NCBI GenBank assembly: GCA_021107795.1
Contig: JAIOSB010000021.1
Span: 5,249-69,248 of the forward strand
DNA from: a bacterium
Lineage (GTDB): Bacteria; Patescibacteriota; Dojkabacteria; SC72
Length of the DNA: 64,000 nt
Reading direction: 5' to 3'
Shown here piece after piece: positions 8,791-18,791 of this stretch. Position 1 is the stretch's first letter; every line of letters starts with the position of its first letter. Made by a program: the position numbers and the translations under genes. The notes below the pieces were generated by a model. It saw nothing but the letters and a program-made list of their open reading frames with translations, searched no databases and had not been told where the DNA came from.

Positions 8791-9705
8791 ATGTGCGAAA
8801 GAGCCAAAGAAACCGCTCCTGTAGACGCCATTCTCCTTGCTGGTAGAGATTCTAATGCGGTTGGTTTTAATAGTCAGCACAAGTTTTCTTTGGAAATGGG
8901 AGAACAAGATATTTTAGAAGGGGTATTGGAAGCTATCGACAAAACAGACAGTATTGATAAGGTGTTCTTTGTTGGTCCGTTAGAACTGATTGACGATAGG
9001 GTAAAAGGGAGAAAAAAAGGCTATATAACTATACCAGATACAGGTAGTCTTTGGGGGAATTTATCCGAAACTATTGAGAAACAGCAACAACTTTGTGGAA
9101 ATCATGAAGTTTTAGTGATTTGTTCAGACTTACCATTTTTGACTGCAGAATCAATGGATTGGTTAATTGCAAACTCTAGAGGGAAAAACAATTTACAGAT
9201 CCCTGTTGTTCCGAGAGAACAGATTCTAAAACTTTCTCCTACATACGAAACATACTATTGGCCAATGAGAGAGTTCCCATTTAAGTGGTCAAATAATATA
9301 TTGTTAGATATAAATAAAATCGTTGATAGTAGAGTGGCACAACTTTTTACTAAGTATAGAGAAACTGATGGTGATAAGTTCCCTTTATCAGCGTTAAGAA
9401 GAATACATCTATTACAGAAGCATGGTGGATCAGAAGCCGTGTATGCTCTTTTGTTAAATTATGCGTCATATCTATTGCAACTCAAATTTGATGAGCGGGT
9501 ACCATTCTCGGAGCTTATAGGTAAAAGAGATTACGAGGAAATCCTTACAAGGGCTATTGCGATTGATTCTGAACTTCTTAAGACTCCGTTTGCTGAGATG
9601 GTGCTTGATGTAGACAATCACCTCAGATTGGGTATCTTCCAGAGAGGTTTTCAAGAGATTAAAGGGGTGATTAAAGAGCAGAATAATTCTTATCCACAAT
9701 TATGA
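8791..9705 (+). CDS. hypothetical protein, possible MobA-like nucleotidyltransferase fold
   Basis: VDAILLAGRDS near N-terminus resembles NTP-transferase glycine-rich loop; rest unrecognised. Confidence 0.3.
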   Translation: MCERAKETAPVDAILLAGRDSNAVGFNSQHKFSLEMGEQDILEGVLEAIDKTDSIDKVFFVGPLELIDDRVKGRKKGYITIPDTGSLWGNLSETIEKQQQLCGNHEVLVICSDLPFLTAESMDWLIANSRGKNNLQIPVVPREQILKLSPTYETYYWPMREFPFKWSNNILLDINKIVDSRVAQLFTKYRETDGDKFPLSALRRIHLLQKHGGSEAVYALLLNYASYLLQLKFDERVPFSELIGKRDYEEILTRAIAIDSELLKTPFAEMVLDVDNHLRLGIFQRGFQEIKGVIKEQNNSYPQL

Positions 9706-9716
9706 TATAATCCCTT

Positions 9717-10298
9717 ATGAAATTATCAGATTTTGACATTGGTAGTGCTAAAAAAGACTTACCTTCTCCTAAGGAGCGCTTACCTATGATTAAGAAAGTT
9801 TTTAAATTAGTACTAAATAGGGAACCAAGCTCTAGAGAACTCTCCTTTTATAAATACGGGGTTCAAACTAAGGAAGAAGTTGTTGAGAAGCTTCTTAATA
9901 GTGAAGAACACAAAGAAATGTTAAAAACATTTAAAAAATTCCCTAAGTTAGAAGAAAGAGCTAAGAGTGCTGAACACAAAGCATCTAAGCTTAAACAAAA
10001 TATAGAAGATAGTGGGCAGGAAGAACTACATCTTAAAAATCTTTTGGATGAGAAGAATAGGGAGATAGCTATACTGAGAAAAAAGGCAGAAGATCCTTAC
10101 AACTTTACACACTCTAAGGCATTGAGCTATATAAAAGGTCTTACAGAGAATAATAGGGATAATGTAAATCATCTCTCTCATGATAGTACCCCACAACAGA
10201 TAGAAAGCAATCATTATTCATCAATATCCTCATCTCACCAGAAGGAATCTAAGGAAACTTTTATAGATAAGATATATAAGATACTAAATCTTAATTAG
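9717..10298 (+). CDS. hypothetical coiled-coil protein with DUF4214-like N-terminal motif
   Basis: VLNREPSSRELSFYKYGVQTKEEVVEKLLNSEEHKEM resembles DUF4214 consensus; lysine/glutamate-rich coiled-coil follows. Confidence 0.3.
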   Translation: MKLSDFDIGSAKKDLPSPKERLPMIKKVFKLVLNREPSSRELSFYKYGVQTKEEVVEKLLNSEEHKEMLKTFKKFPKLEERAKSAEHKASKLKQNIEDSGQEELHLKNLLDEKNREIAILRKKAEDPYNFTHSKALSYIKGLTENNRDNVNHLSHDSTPQQIESNHYSSISSSHQKESKETFIDKIYKILNLN

Positions 10299-10878
10299 GA
10301 GGTGTTAACCACTTAACTAGGGCTTTAGAACTCTTCTTTAGGAGTATGACTAGTCCCCAAAGTCCTAAACCTCCAAGTAGTGTAAGGATTAAAATCTTTG
10401 CAATATTACCAAAAGTATAACCAGGATCTACTGGTTGAACTACAAGATTACTATCGAAGGTAACAACATCACTAACACTGTTAGTATAGTTTGTATCATG
10501 TTGCCATGCTATCAGATTAACACTTAGGGTAAAACTACCCTCTCGTTCTGGCTTAAGTATTGCTTTGAAAGAATAGGTTTGGCCCATATAGAGATCTACA
10601 AACTCTTCATGCTTTGGAGTAATACCTACCAATGTAGGTGTATCCCAAAGAATTTGTGTTTTTGGAGAATCTATTTTAGGAATAACGGTAATTACATAGG
10701 TTACAGACTTGTCCCAAGCAGATTGTCCAGTACATTCTAAGGATATATCGAAATACTTAGTATTTGTTGTTAAACTATCCTCTTGTGCATAAACATTTCC
10801 TAGAAAGGAAGGAAGTATTAAAAGGGAGACTAGTAGTATTAAAAATGTTTTTCTCATTTCAATATCCTCGTGATACAA
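10291..10878 (-). CDS. hypothetical secreted/surface protein (signal peptide plus C-terminal TM anchor)
   Basis: N-terminal MRKTFLILLVSLLILPSFLGNVYAQ, C-terminal ILILTLLGGLGLWGLVILLKK. Confidence 0.3.
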   Translation of the reverse strand: MYHEDIEMRKTFLILLVSLLILPSFLGNVYAQEDSLTTNTKYFDISLECTGQSAWDKSVTYVITVIPKIDSPKTQILWDTPTLVGITPKHEEFVDLYMGQTYSFKAILKPEREGSFTLSVNLIAWQHDTNYTNSVSDVVTFDSNLVVQPVDPGYTFGNIAKILILTLLGGLGLWGLVILLKKSSKALVKWLTPPN

Positions 10879-11270
10879 AGTTTATATATATGATATGCTT
10901 TCTTAGATTCTTTAAGAGTCACTAACTCATCTTTATGTACTATCTCATTTCTTAATTTGTGTACATCCCAAAGTTTTTGATAGGTATCTTTTCTAAAAAG
11001 CTTGTTTGCTTTCTTAAGATTAAAACCACAGCTACTGGAATTCCTATACTTGTGGTTAAGAGCTTTTGCAAGCATATTATCAAGTCTAATTATCGCATCT
11101 TTCCTTTCATAATCGTTCTCGCTCTCAGTATGTGGTTTAAGTTCTACGAGCTTTTTAAGAATAGTGGATTTTCTTCTGGCTATACTCTTAGAGCTATTCA
11201 ATCTAGAAAAGAGTATGAGTAGAGCAACCATACTAAGGGTTATAATTGTGAGAATTAATGGGTCACTCAT
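10854..11270 (-). CDS. hypothetical membrane-anchored protein
   Basis: N-terminal TM LILTIITLSMVALLILF; no recognised domain. Confidence 0.3.
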   Translation of the reverse strand: MSDPLILTIITLSMVALLILFSRLNSSKSIARRKSTILKKLVELKPHTESENDYERKDAIIRLDNMLAKALNHKYRNSSSCGFNLKKANKLFRKDTYQKLWDVHKLRNEIVHKDELVTLKESKKAYHIYKLCITRILK

Positions 11271-13111
11271 TTCTTATATACTACTTTATTTAAAATGAAA
11301 TATACAGTACCCAGAAACATTAAGAAAAAGGTTGCAGAAAGTATCTGAACTAGAGTCTCGTAACCTGTATGTTGCGTAACTGGATTATTAATTGAGAGAA
11401 GTTCTAATTGGAGAGTTTCTTCTCCATTCTTAATGTTTGCAGTTGTGAAGATTCTCTCTTCTTCAAGTTGGTCGAATGGAATATGGAAGTTAATATATTT
11501 ATGCATGTGAGGAAGTAAGATGGAGTTTGTAGAATTGCTAACGTAGTCAATATATTGATTGAGATCAGGGTTGGAGTCAGTAAATTCTATACCGGTCAAT
11601 ATTGTATTCCCAGTATTTTCTATAAAGATGCTCCCGTGTAAATATTTATTTAATACAGAGTATGGTTCTAAACTGATAAAGAGGTTGCTTTGAGGAGAGT
11701 AAACCACATCGCTATCTTTTACATACTCAAAACGTATGTCGTTGTCCGAATAGTAGGGGAGTGTAGGGGATATTGATTCATGTATTCGATTTAGAATTGA
11801 AATATGATCAGAATGATCTCTCCCAAAGAGAGAAACCTTAGAGTAATCCTCAAGGTATGGATCTAGAACTAACCATTGATTTCCGTCATAGGTTTGTACC
11901 CAGTAATGGAACATTCCGTTTTCTTGATAGTTTGATATATCAGAGACATACCCTATGGTATATATGCTTGGGATTTGATAGTAGTCGAGTAGAGCTTTGA
12001 GTACATCGGCATAATCCTCAGGAGTGCAATTTATAGGGTTCTTTAATATCTCAACAGTCCCCTTCCTTATCCCGCCTGAAAGTGAGCTAGGTTGTGTAGA
12101 GGGGGTAAGTGTCTCTACAGTATATCTGTAAAGATATTGGATTAGGGTGTCTCTATCTGTTGAGCTATTTGTAATACCCTTGTCTAAGAGATATTGTTCT
12201 ATCTTCTCAACTTGCTTGTTTTCTAAACTCCAATATATACTAGTGGAGTTGTAGTTTGTACTGTCAAGAGGAGGATAGTAATTATGATATCCCATGATTA
12301 TATATCCAGAAATCTGTACATCTACTTGAGTTTGAGCGTCTACTGTAAAAATGAGGAGGTAATTCAAATTGTTGTCTTGTATGACCTGCGTAGGTTGTAT
12401 ACTGATATCTTCTATTATAATTTTTTGAAATTGTGAGTCTTGGGGTATGAGAAGCTCGTATTGTGTAGTAGTATCACTTTGATTGTTAAAGGATTTCGAT
12501 ATATCAAACCTATACACAATGTCTTGATTGAAGATGAGCTTAAGAGTGGTTGAATCTGGGGATTTAATATTAAGTATGTAGTTTGTGTTATCCTGCTTTT
12601 CACTTTCGGTTTGATCAGATATCCAACCAACCTTTCCAAAACTCTTCGGGTAGCTAATGGAGACTTCTGAGGTATTGATATCTGCAATTTTGGACACAAG
12701 ACTTAGGATGTTGCTATCATTATATGGGTAAGAGTATGTTATATGTATTTCTTGTAGAGAATCTGGAGCTACAATGGAGTTGGCGAAATCAATTAGAATG
12801 TCAGTAGCATTATTCCGGTTGTATATGGTTGCTTCGAGAGGAGAGTTTTCTGTTACTGAGAATATTTCAGGCTCGATATTACTTTGTGGAAGAGTAATTG
12901 TGTAGTAGGTTAGGACTGTCCTTTCACTTGATGAGATGGTAAGTGTAGCAGTAGTATCTACATAGCCATTGGTTTTTACAATATGGGAGAATGTTGCATT
13001 TGTTGTGATACCTTCTTGGGCCGATATAGAGGTTGGATTAAGAAATGCAAAAAGAAAGAGGATGTTAGAAATCCATAGGGCCTTTTTTAAATATCCAATC
13101 AAACTTTTCAT
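11267..13111 (-). CDS. large secreted transglutaminase-like domain protein with C-terminal TM anchor
   Basis: 614 aa; signal peptide; CTPEDYADVLKALLDYYQIPSIYTIGYV...FHYWVQTYDGNQWLVLDP fits the transglutaminase-like Cys-His-Asp core; C-terminal TM LVQILSATFFLMFLGTVYFIL. Confidence 0.45.
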   Translation of the reverse strand: MKSLIGYLKKALWISNILFLFAFLNPTSISAQEGITTNATFSHIVKTNGYVDTTATLTISSSERTVLTYYTITLPQSNIEPEIFSVTENSPLEATIYNRNNATDILIDFANSIVAPDSLQEIHITYSYPYNDSNILSLVSKIADINTSEVSISYPKSFGKVGWISDQTESEKQDNTNYILNIKSPDSTTLKLIFNQDIVYRFDISKSFNNQSDTTTQYELLIPQDSQFQKIIIEDISIQPTQVIQDNNLNYLLIFTVDAQTQVDVQISGYIIMGYHNYYPPLDSTNYNSTSIYWSLENKQVEKIEQYLLDKGITNSSTDRDTLIQYLYRYTVETLTPSTQPSSLSGGIRKGTVEILKNPINCTPEDYADVLKALLDYYQIPSIYTIGYVSDISNYQENGMFHYWVQTYDGNQWLVLDPYLEDYSKVSLFGRDHSDHISILNRIHESISPTLPYYSDNDIRFEYVKDSDVVYSPQSNLFISLEPYSVLNKYLHGSIFIENTGNTILTGIEFTDSNPDLNQYIDYVSNSTNSILLPHMHKYINFHIPFDQLEEERIFTTANIKNGEETLQLELLSINNPVTQHTGYETLVQILSATFFLMFLGTVYFILNKVVYKK

Positions 13112-13811
13112 TATTTCTTAAAATTTGTTTAATTATTGGTGTCTTCTTAGTAATATTCCAATCTTTAAGAACTTTATTAGTATTAATTTCTTCAATATCG
13201 TTTACTATCTTGTAGGCAGGATTTCTAACTATTTCTACTTTAGCGTTCTTCCTGATAATATAATAGGACATGCCGTGTTTATCTTCAAGCACTACTCGAG
13301 TGAGAGCTTTTTTAGAAGATATCTCTATTGCTATTAAAGTAGAAGCTTGTCGGGTATTAATCATACAGATGGAATATCCTGGGGGTACAATGAACTTACT
13401 TCCTTTCCTGACCTGCAGCCTATACACCTTGTTTTGAATGGGGCTAATGTATTTTTGAAGTAACACATTACCACCACCGTAAACAATCTCAAAGAGTCTT
13501 GGGAAGCTACTACATTTTGTAGCTTTAGTCTTAACAAATTCAATACCTGCTAAATTAGGTTTCATTAAGTACATATTTACACGAAGATTATTGTTCTTTA
13601 AATCCTGTGCTTGATTGTCGAAAGCTTTGTACTTAGTGTAGAAGGTTTCTGGACAATCTAAGTCTTGATTAAGAAGTTGAAGAATAATGTTTTCGATATG
13701 TATAGTAGAGATTTCTTTTGGATGGTATTCTTCAGAAAGAAGACTCTCTCCATTAAAAAAAAGGGGCAGACCACTACTTTGCTTTAAATTTGTTTTGGCC
13801 ATATGAAGCAT
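13065..13811 (-). CDS. hypothetical protein (possible cupin-like fold)
   Basis: 248 aa ORF; overlaps start of upstream gene by 47 nt; no confident family. Confidence 0.3.
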   Translation of the reverse strand: MLHMAKTNLKQSSGLPLFFNGESLLSEEYHPKEISTIHIENIILQLLNQDLDCPETFYTKYKAFDNQAQDLKNNNLRVNMYLMKPNLAGIEFVKTKATKCSSFPRLFEIVYGGGNVLLQKYISPIQNKVYRLQVRKGSKFIVPPGYSICMINTRQASTLIAIEISSKKALTRVVLEDKHGMSYYIIRKNAKVEIVRNPAYKIVNDIEEINTNKVLKDWNITKKTPIIKQILRNNEKFDWIFKKGPMDF

Positions 13812-13841
13812 TATACCATATTTTTGCCAAAATTGCTTGTT

Positions 13842-14129
13842 TTAGTCCTGCCTAAAAGCTTTTAACAACTCCGAGAGTACAAAACCAACGATTGCAAAGA
13901 AGACTAATGCTACAACTGGAGTAATGGGGATTTGGAAATTGTCAATAACCAAAGTGTCTGCAGTAACACCGGAGAATAGGGAGATAAATATATCAGATAC
14001 TGAGAAAATCCAGGCTACATACATATTGGAGAGATTGGCAGAGAATATGGATAGAATGATTCTAATAAGGATGATCGCCTCGATCAAAGTGTCTCCGATA
14101 TATGCAATTTGTAATATTAGCTTAATCAT
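13842..14129 (-). CDS. small membrane protein, YggT-like
   Basis: 95 aa, two hydrophobic segments; AIILIRIILSIF resembles YggT family motif. Confidence 0.3.
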   Translation of the reverse strand: MIKLILQIAYIGDTLIEAIILIRIILSIFSANLSNMYVAWIFSVSDIFISLFSGVTADTLVIDNFQIPITPVVALVFFAIVGFVLSELLKAFRQD

Positions 14130-14131
14130 GG

Positions 14132-14857
14132 CTAAATATTCTCTAAGTTATTTAAATAAAAGTTTAACTCACTCATATATCGTACCACACCATTTGCCCA
14201 TAAATGACTTGGATTAGCAGCACATGGTGGACAATATGTTGGCTCTATATCAAAAGGTGTGAGTGATATCCCATACCCCAAAGCTAATCGTTCTGTTACA
14301 TGCTCTACACCTGCACCAAAGTCATCAAATACGCTGTAGGCACCACCTGGTCCTCCTCTCCATCCCCAGCCATTGTTGTATCCAGTATGGGGTATGAGGT
14401 TTCCAAAAGCAGATTCTACTCCAGAAATGCTTGCTACTAATCTCCAGTCTAATCCATACCTGTCAGATTCTACAACAAAGACCTCTGCATATGGTTGCAT
14501 TGGGGAGTTGTAATCACTTAAGAACTCAGACATAGCCAATACCCTAGGATCTTTCACATAATATTGTGTTTTAGAGTTTATAACATCAAGGGGATTCTCT
14601 TGACCAATCTCGGAGAGAGAGTATGAAGATTTTGCATTAGATGTGGCATATACTGGTGTTAGAAAGTTGAATTTCTCGGATTTTGTACTTCGGATGACAT
14701 TGAATAAAAGCTCCTCGATAGAAGGCTCTACAATTGGAGAGAGAAAGTATATATAAAGTACCAATAATAATGGTACAAGAAAAAACTCCCATTTTCTCTG
14801 TGGCTTACTGCTTACGCTTTCAGCGTGTGACTGTAATTTTAGGACAGTGTTTGGCAT
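14132..14857 (-). CDS. membrane-anchored lytic murein transglycosylase (MltB/SLT_2-like)
   Basis: N-terminal TM; LVASISGVESAFG matches MltB-family GVESxxG motif. Confidence 0.45.
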   Translation of the reverse strand: MPNTVLKLQSHAESVSSKPQRKWEFFLVPLLLVLYIYFLSPIVEPSIEELLFNVIRSTKSEKFNFLTPVYATSNAKSSYSLSEIGQENPLDVINSKTQYYVKDPRVLAMSEFLSDYNSPMQPYAEVFVVESDRYGLDWRLVASISGVESAFGNLIPHTGYNNGWGWRGGPGGAYSVFDDFGAGVEHVTERLALGYGISLTPFDIEPTYCPPCAANPSHLWANGVVRYMSELNFYLNNLENI

Positions 14858-14894
14858 AATTTAGTATAACAGAAATAATCTATGTAACAAAATC

Positions 14895-17800
14895 ATGTTC
14901 ACACATCTACATCTGCATACAGAGTTCTCACTACTAGATGCTACTATAAAAATAGACGACCTTATTGAGAAGCTGAAAAGTAGCAATATGACCTCTTGTG
15001 CGATTACTGATCATGGGAATATGTATGGGGTATACAAATTCAAAACCTATATGGAAGACGCAGGCCTGAAACCTATACTCGGCTGTGAGATATATGTTGC
15101 ACCAAGGGGTATGGAAGACAAGGAGCATGGGATAGACAACAAGTATTTTCATTTAGTGTTGCTAGCGAAGAATTTAGAAGGGTATAAAAATTTGGTAAAA
15201 ATAGTGTCAATCGCTCATATGGAAGGCTTCTACTACAAACCACGTATTGATTTCGAGACGCTTGCTAAATACTCTGAGGGAATAATAGCGCTGTCTGCAT
15301 GTCTCGCAGGCCCAATCTCAAGACCTTTGCTAAATAACCAACCTGCAGAGGCTCTTAATACCGCAAAGAAATATGCAGAGGTATTTAAGGATAATTTCTA
15401 CATTGAAATTCAACGCAATGGGATGGAGGAGCAAAAAGGTGTAAATGAAGGATTACTTAAAATAGCAAAGGAGTTAAAATTGCCAATAGTGGCTACTTGT
15501 GATAGCCATTACATAAACAAGGAAGATGCAGAGATACAAGAAGTCCTATGGTGTATAAATGATGGCAAGGAATGGGATGATCCAACTAGGAGAACAATGC
15601 CAACTAATGAATTCTATGTTAAAACACCAGAGGAAATGGAGTTGCTTTTTGAAGATTTCCCCCAAGCGATTGAGAATACTCAGAAGATTGTAGATAGTAT
15701 AGAAGATTATGATATTACATGGGGAAGAGTTGAACCTCATACACTTGATTTGCCTAAAAAGGAAACAGCAAAATCATATCTTAAGAAACTCACACTACAG
15801 GGAGCAAAAAAGAAGTATGGAAAAGTAACAAAGGATTTAAAGAAACGTATAGAGTATGAACTAGAAGTTATCGATAGTAAAAGATACAACGATTACTTCT
15901 TAGTGGTTAGAGATTTTGTATTATATTGTCGTAATAATGATATCGTTGTAGGTATGAGAGGATCTGGTTGTGGATCTGTTGTCGCATACTGTATTGAAAT
16001 TACTGATATTGAACCAATTGGTTGGGAACTTTACTTCGAAAGATTCCTCAACCCAGAGAGAAACTCTCCTCCTGATTTTGATATTGATATTGCAGATAAG
16101 GGAAGAGATAAGCTCATACAATACACCATAGATAGATATGGGAAAGAGAATGTAAAGCAAATAATTACCTTTGGTAAATTGCAAACAAGGCAAGCTATTC
16201 GTGATGTAGCCCGTGTCATTGGGATTGATCTGAGTATAGCGGATCAGTTATCCAAGCAAGTAGAAATAGTTTTTGGTAAAGCTAAGGGTATTGATTACAT
16301 GATTGAGAATAATCCTGAATTTGCAGAAATAATTCATTCGTCTCCCGATACTGAGAGATTGGCAGAAATTGTAAGAAAAGTTGCGGGAATACACAGAAAT
16401 GTAGGTACCCATGCCTGTGGAATTGTCATAACCCCATCTCCAGTAATTGAGTATTGTCCAATTCAAAGAGATGCTCATGGCGAAGGTTTTGGTATGACTC
16501 AATTTGAGATGAAAGATGTTGAACCAATTGGATTAATGAAGTTTGATTTCTTAGGACTTCGCAATCTAAATGTAATAGGGGCTGCCATAAAGAAGGTGGA
16601 AGCAAATCGAGGCAAGAAAATTGTTTTAGGTGGATTAGACCCACATGACAAAAAAACTTTCCAGGTGATTAGAAGTGGGCATACAGTTGGAGTATTTCAA
16701 ATGGAGAGTTCTGGGATGAGGAGTACAATCAAGGCTCTTAAACCTACAACACAGGAGGATCTCTGTTACATTCTCGCTGCATATCGTCCCGGTCCTATGA
16801 AATATATTTCAGAGTATGTTGCAGTTAAAGAGGGTAAACAAGACCCAGATTATGTTTTTAAAGAATTAGAGGATGTCCTAAAGATTACCAATGGCGTTAT
16901 CACATACCAAGAGCAGGTGATGAAAATTGCCCAAATCATTGGAGGCTATACACTAGGAGGTGCAGATATTTTACGAAGAGCTATGGGTAAAAAGCTAATT
17001 GACGTAATGGAAGCAGAGAAGCCTGTCTTTATGAAAGGGGCTAAGCAACAAGGATATGATTTGGTTGAGGTTGAACGACTATGGTCAAAGCTTCTGCAGT
17101 TCGCTAACTATGGCTTTAACAAGGCTCACAGTGCATCTTACGCTACAATTTCTTACTGGACAGCATATCTCAAAGCACACTACCCTTTAGAATTTATGGC
17201 TGCACTTTTAGAGGGGGATCTAGATAATTTTGAGAGGATAATTATTGACCTTAAGGAGTGTGAAAGACTCGGTATAGATGTCCTTTCTCCTACCATTAAC
17301 AAAAGCAATCTTTACTTTAGCATAGAGGATGATAAAGATATCAGGTTTGGTTTAGGTGCAATAAAGAATGTTGGAGAAGATGTAATAAGGGATATCGTAA
17401 AGGAGCGAAAAGAAAATGGTGAGTATACCAGCCTTGACGATCTCATATATCGTCTAATTGATAAAAAACTTTCTAAAAAAGCAGTAGAGTATCTAATCAA
17501 AGCAGGCACTATGGATGAATTTGGTGAACGAGGAGCACTCATCGTACTTCTGGAAGCTGTCTACGAGAATGCGAAAAAAGAAAGTAAGATATTTAGTGCA
17601 GGTCAAATGGATATCTTTAGTATGGGCAATGATCCGAAAGAACAGAAAAGAAGGATTGTACAAGCTACTCCATTACCACAAATTGAAAAGACTCCTGTTG
17701 CTCAAATATTACAGTGGGAAAAAGAATTGCTCGGACTATACTTCTCTAGTCATCCTCTTGATAATCTCCAAGAGTTTTTTGAAAGTAAGGAGGTTATTAA

Positions 17801-18293
17801 TATAGATCAGGCTTTAGAGAAGAAAGATGGCACTTTGGTAATACTTGGGGTATTGATAAGTAAGGTTAGGAGGATTACCACTAAGAAAGGAGCTATGATG
17901 GCTTTTCTTAGTGCAGAGGATAAGAGTGGTAGTACCGATGTAATCGTTTTCCCAAGAACATATAGAGACATGAAAGAGGTTTTGGAGGAGGGGAAGCCAA
18001 TGTTACTGGTTGGAAGGGTAAACGATAGGAATGGAGAAAAAGGTGTAATTTTAGAAAAAGCAAAATATATTAATGAAGAGAAGTTTGGGTCTAACTTTGA
18101 AGGTGTAATATTTAGAATTAGAGGTTCTCATAGTGCAGAGGTAATTAAAGCACTCAAGAAATATATTTCTACTTCAGAAGGAGATACTGCTGTTAAAATA
18201 ATTCTTAACACAGATGGGGAAACTACCACAAAGGTTTTAGAAAAGAAGATAGCTATGAATAGTGAAACGAAAAGATGGTTGAGGAAGTTCTAA
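14895..18293 (+). CDS. dnaE: DNA polymerase III alpha subunit
   Basis: 1132 aa; PHP domain start MFTHLHLHTEFSLLDA; full-length DnaE similarity. Confidence 0.95.
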   Translation: MFTHLHLHTEFSLLDATIKIDDLIEKLKSSNMTSCAITDHGNMYGVYKFKTYMEDAGLKPILGCEIYVAPRGMEDKEHGIDNKYFHLVLLAKNLEGYKNLVKIVSIAHMEGFYYKPRIDFETLAKYSEGIIALSACLAGPISRPLLNNQPAEALNTAKKYAEVFKDNFYIEIQRNGMEEQKGVNEGLLKIAKELKLPIVATCDSHYINKEDAEIQEVLWCINDGKEWDDPTRRTMPTNEFYVKTPEEMELLFEDFPQAIENTQKIVDSIEDYDITWGRVEPHTLDLPKKETAKSYLKKLTLQGAKKKYGKVTKDLKKRIEYELEVIDSKRYNDYFLVVRDFVLYCRNNDIVVGMRGSGCGSVVAYCIEITDIEPIGWELYFERFLNPERNSPPDFDIDIADKGRDKLIQYTIDRYGKENVKQIITFGKLQTRQAIRDVARVIGIDLSIADQLSKQVEIVFGKAKGIDYMIENNPEFAEIIHSSPDTERLAEIVRKVAGIHRNVGTHACGIVITPSPVIEYCPIQRDAHGEGFGMTQFEMKDVEPIGLMKFDFLGLRNLNVIGAAIKKVEANRGKKIVLGGLDPHDKKTFQVIRSGHTVGVFQMESSGMRSTIKALKPTTQEDLCYILAAYRPGPMKYISEYVAVKEGKQDPDYVFKELEDVLKITNGVITYQEQVMKIAQIIGGYTLGGADILRRAMGKKLIDVMEAEKPVFMKGAKQQGYDLVEVERLWSKLLQFANYGFNKAHSASYATISYWTAYLKAHYPLEFMAALLEGDLDNFERIIIDLKECERLGIDVLSPTINKSNLYFSIEDDKDIRFGLGAIKNVGEDVIRDIVKERKENGEYTSLDDLIYRLIDKKLSKKAVEYLIKAGTMDEFGERGALIVLLEAVYENAKKESKIFSAGQMDIFSMGNDPKEQKRRIVQATPLPQIEKTPVAQILQWEKELLGLYFSSHPLDNLQEFFESKEVINIDQALEKKDGTLVILGVLISKVRRITTKKGAMMAFLSAEDKSGSTDVIVFPRTYRDMKEVLEEGKPMLLVGRVNDRNGEKGVILEKAKYINEEKFGSNFEGVIFRIRGSHSAEVIKALKKYISTSEGDTAVKIILNTDGETTTKVLEKKIAMNSETKRWLRKF

Positions 18294-18335
18294 TAATAAT
18301 GTATTATAGGCTATTAAGTTGATAGAGATATCTCT

Positions 18336-18791
18336 ATGATACAAGATCGTGTAATAGACCAATACCCTGGGTTTCCAGCTAACGCTGTTTTTGCACAGGC
18401 ACTTTTATTAAAAGATTATACAAAAGAAAAAGGCTTGTCCTTAGAGAAAGGTGTTTTGGCATCAGACTCAGAATATGTCGATTGGAAAAGGGTGCACCTC
18501 TTTCTAGGTGACATTATTTTAGATACATTAGAAGAAGATAGGGAGGAATGGGAATTTTCAAAAATGGAGAGCCACTTTTGGGATATGGAGTCGTATTACA
18601 AGAAATGCGAAGAAGTAGCATTTGAATTCAATGATAATCTTAAGTTAATAAGATTTAAAGAATATTTACTCATAACTATTATTCCAGAAACATCTGACCA
18701 TGAGGAGAAATTAGTTAATCGACTTGGAGAACTTGGTTTGTCTGAAATAATAATGGTAGATGAGCCTACTTTAATGGATGAAACTTACTAA
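18336..18791 (+). CDS. hypothetical acidic protein
   Basis: 151 aa ORF with ATG embedded in a 14-bp perfect palindrome; no recognisable domain. Confidence 0.3.
   Translation: MIQDRVIDQYPGFPANAVFAQALLLKDYTKEKGLSLEKGVLASDSEYVDWKRVHLFLGDIILDTLEEDREEWEFSKMESHFWDMESYYKKCEEVAFEFNDNLKLIRFKEYLLITIIPETSDHEEKLVNRLGELGLSEIIMVDEPTLMDETY

Noticed and set aside
13065-13111. 47-nt overlap between the 248-aa ORF and the 614-aa surface protein as evidence that one is spurious
   Set aside because: Both ORFs are long with plausible N-termini (signal peptide on the 614-aa protein). Overlaps are common in this compact genome. Kept both, with low confidence on the 248-aa function.
13853-13864. 12-bp palindrome TAAAAGCTTTTA
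   Set aside because: Lies inside the coding region of the YggT-like gene. AAGCTT-centred AT palindromes are expected by chance in AT-rich DNA.
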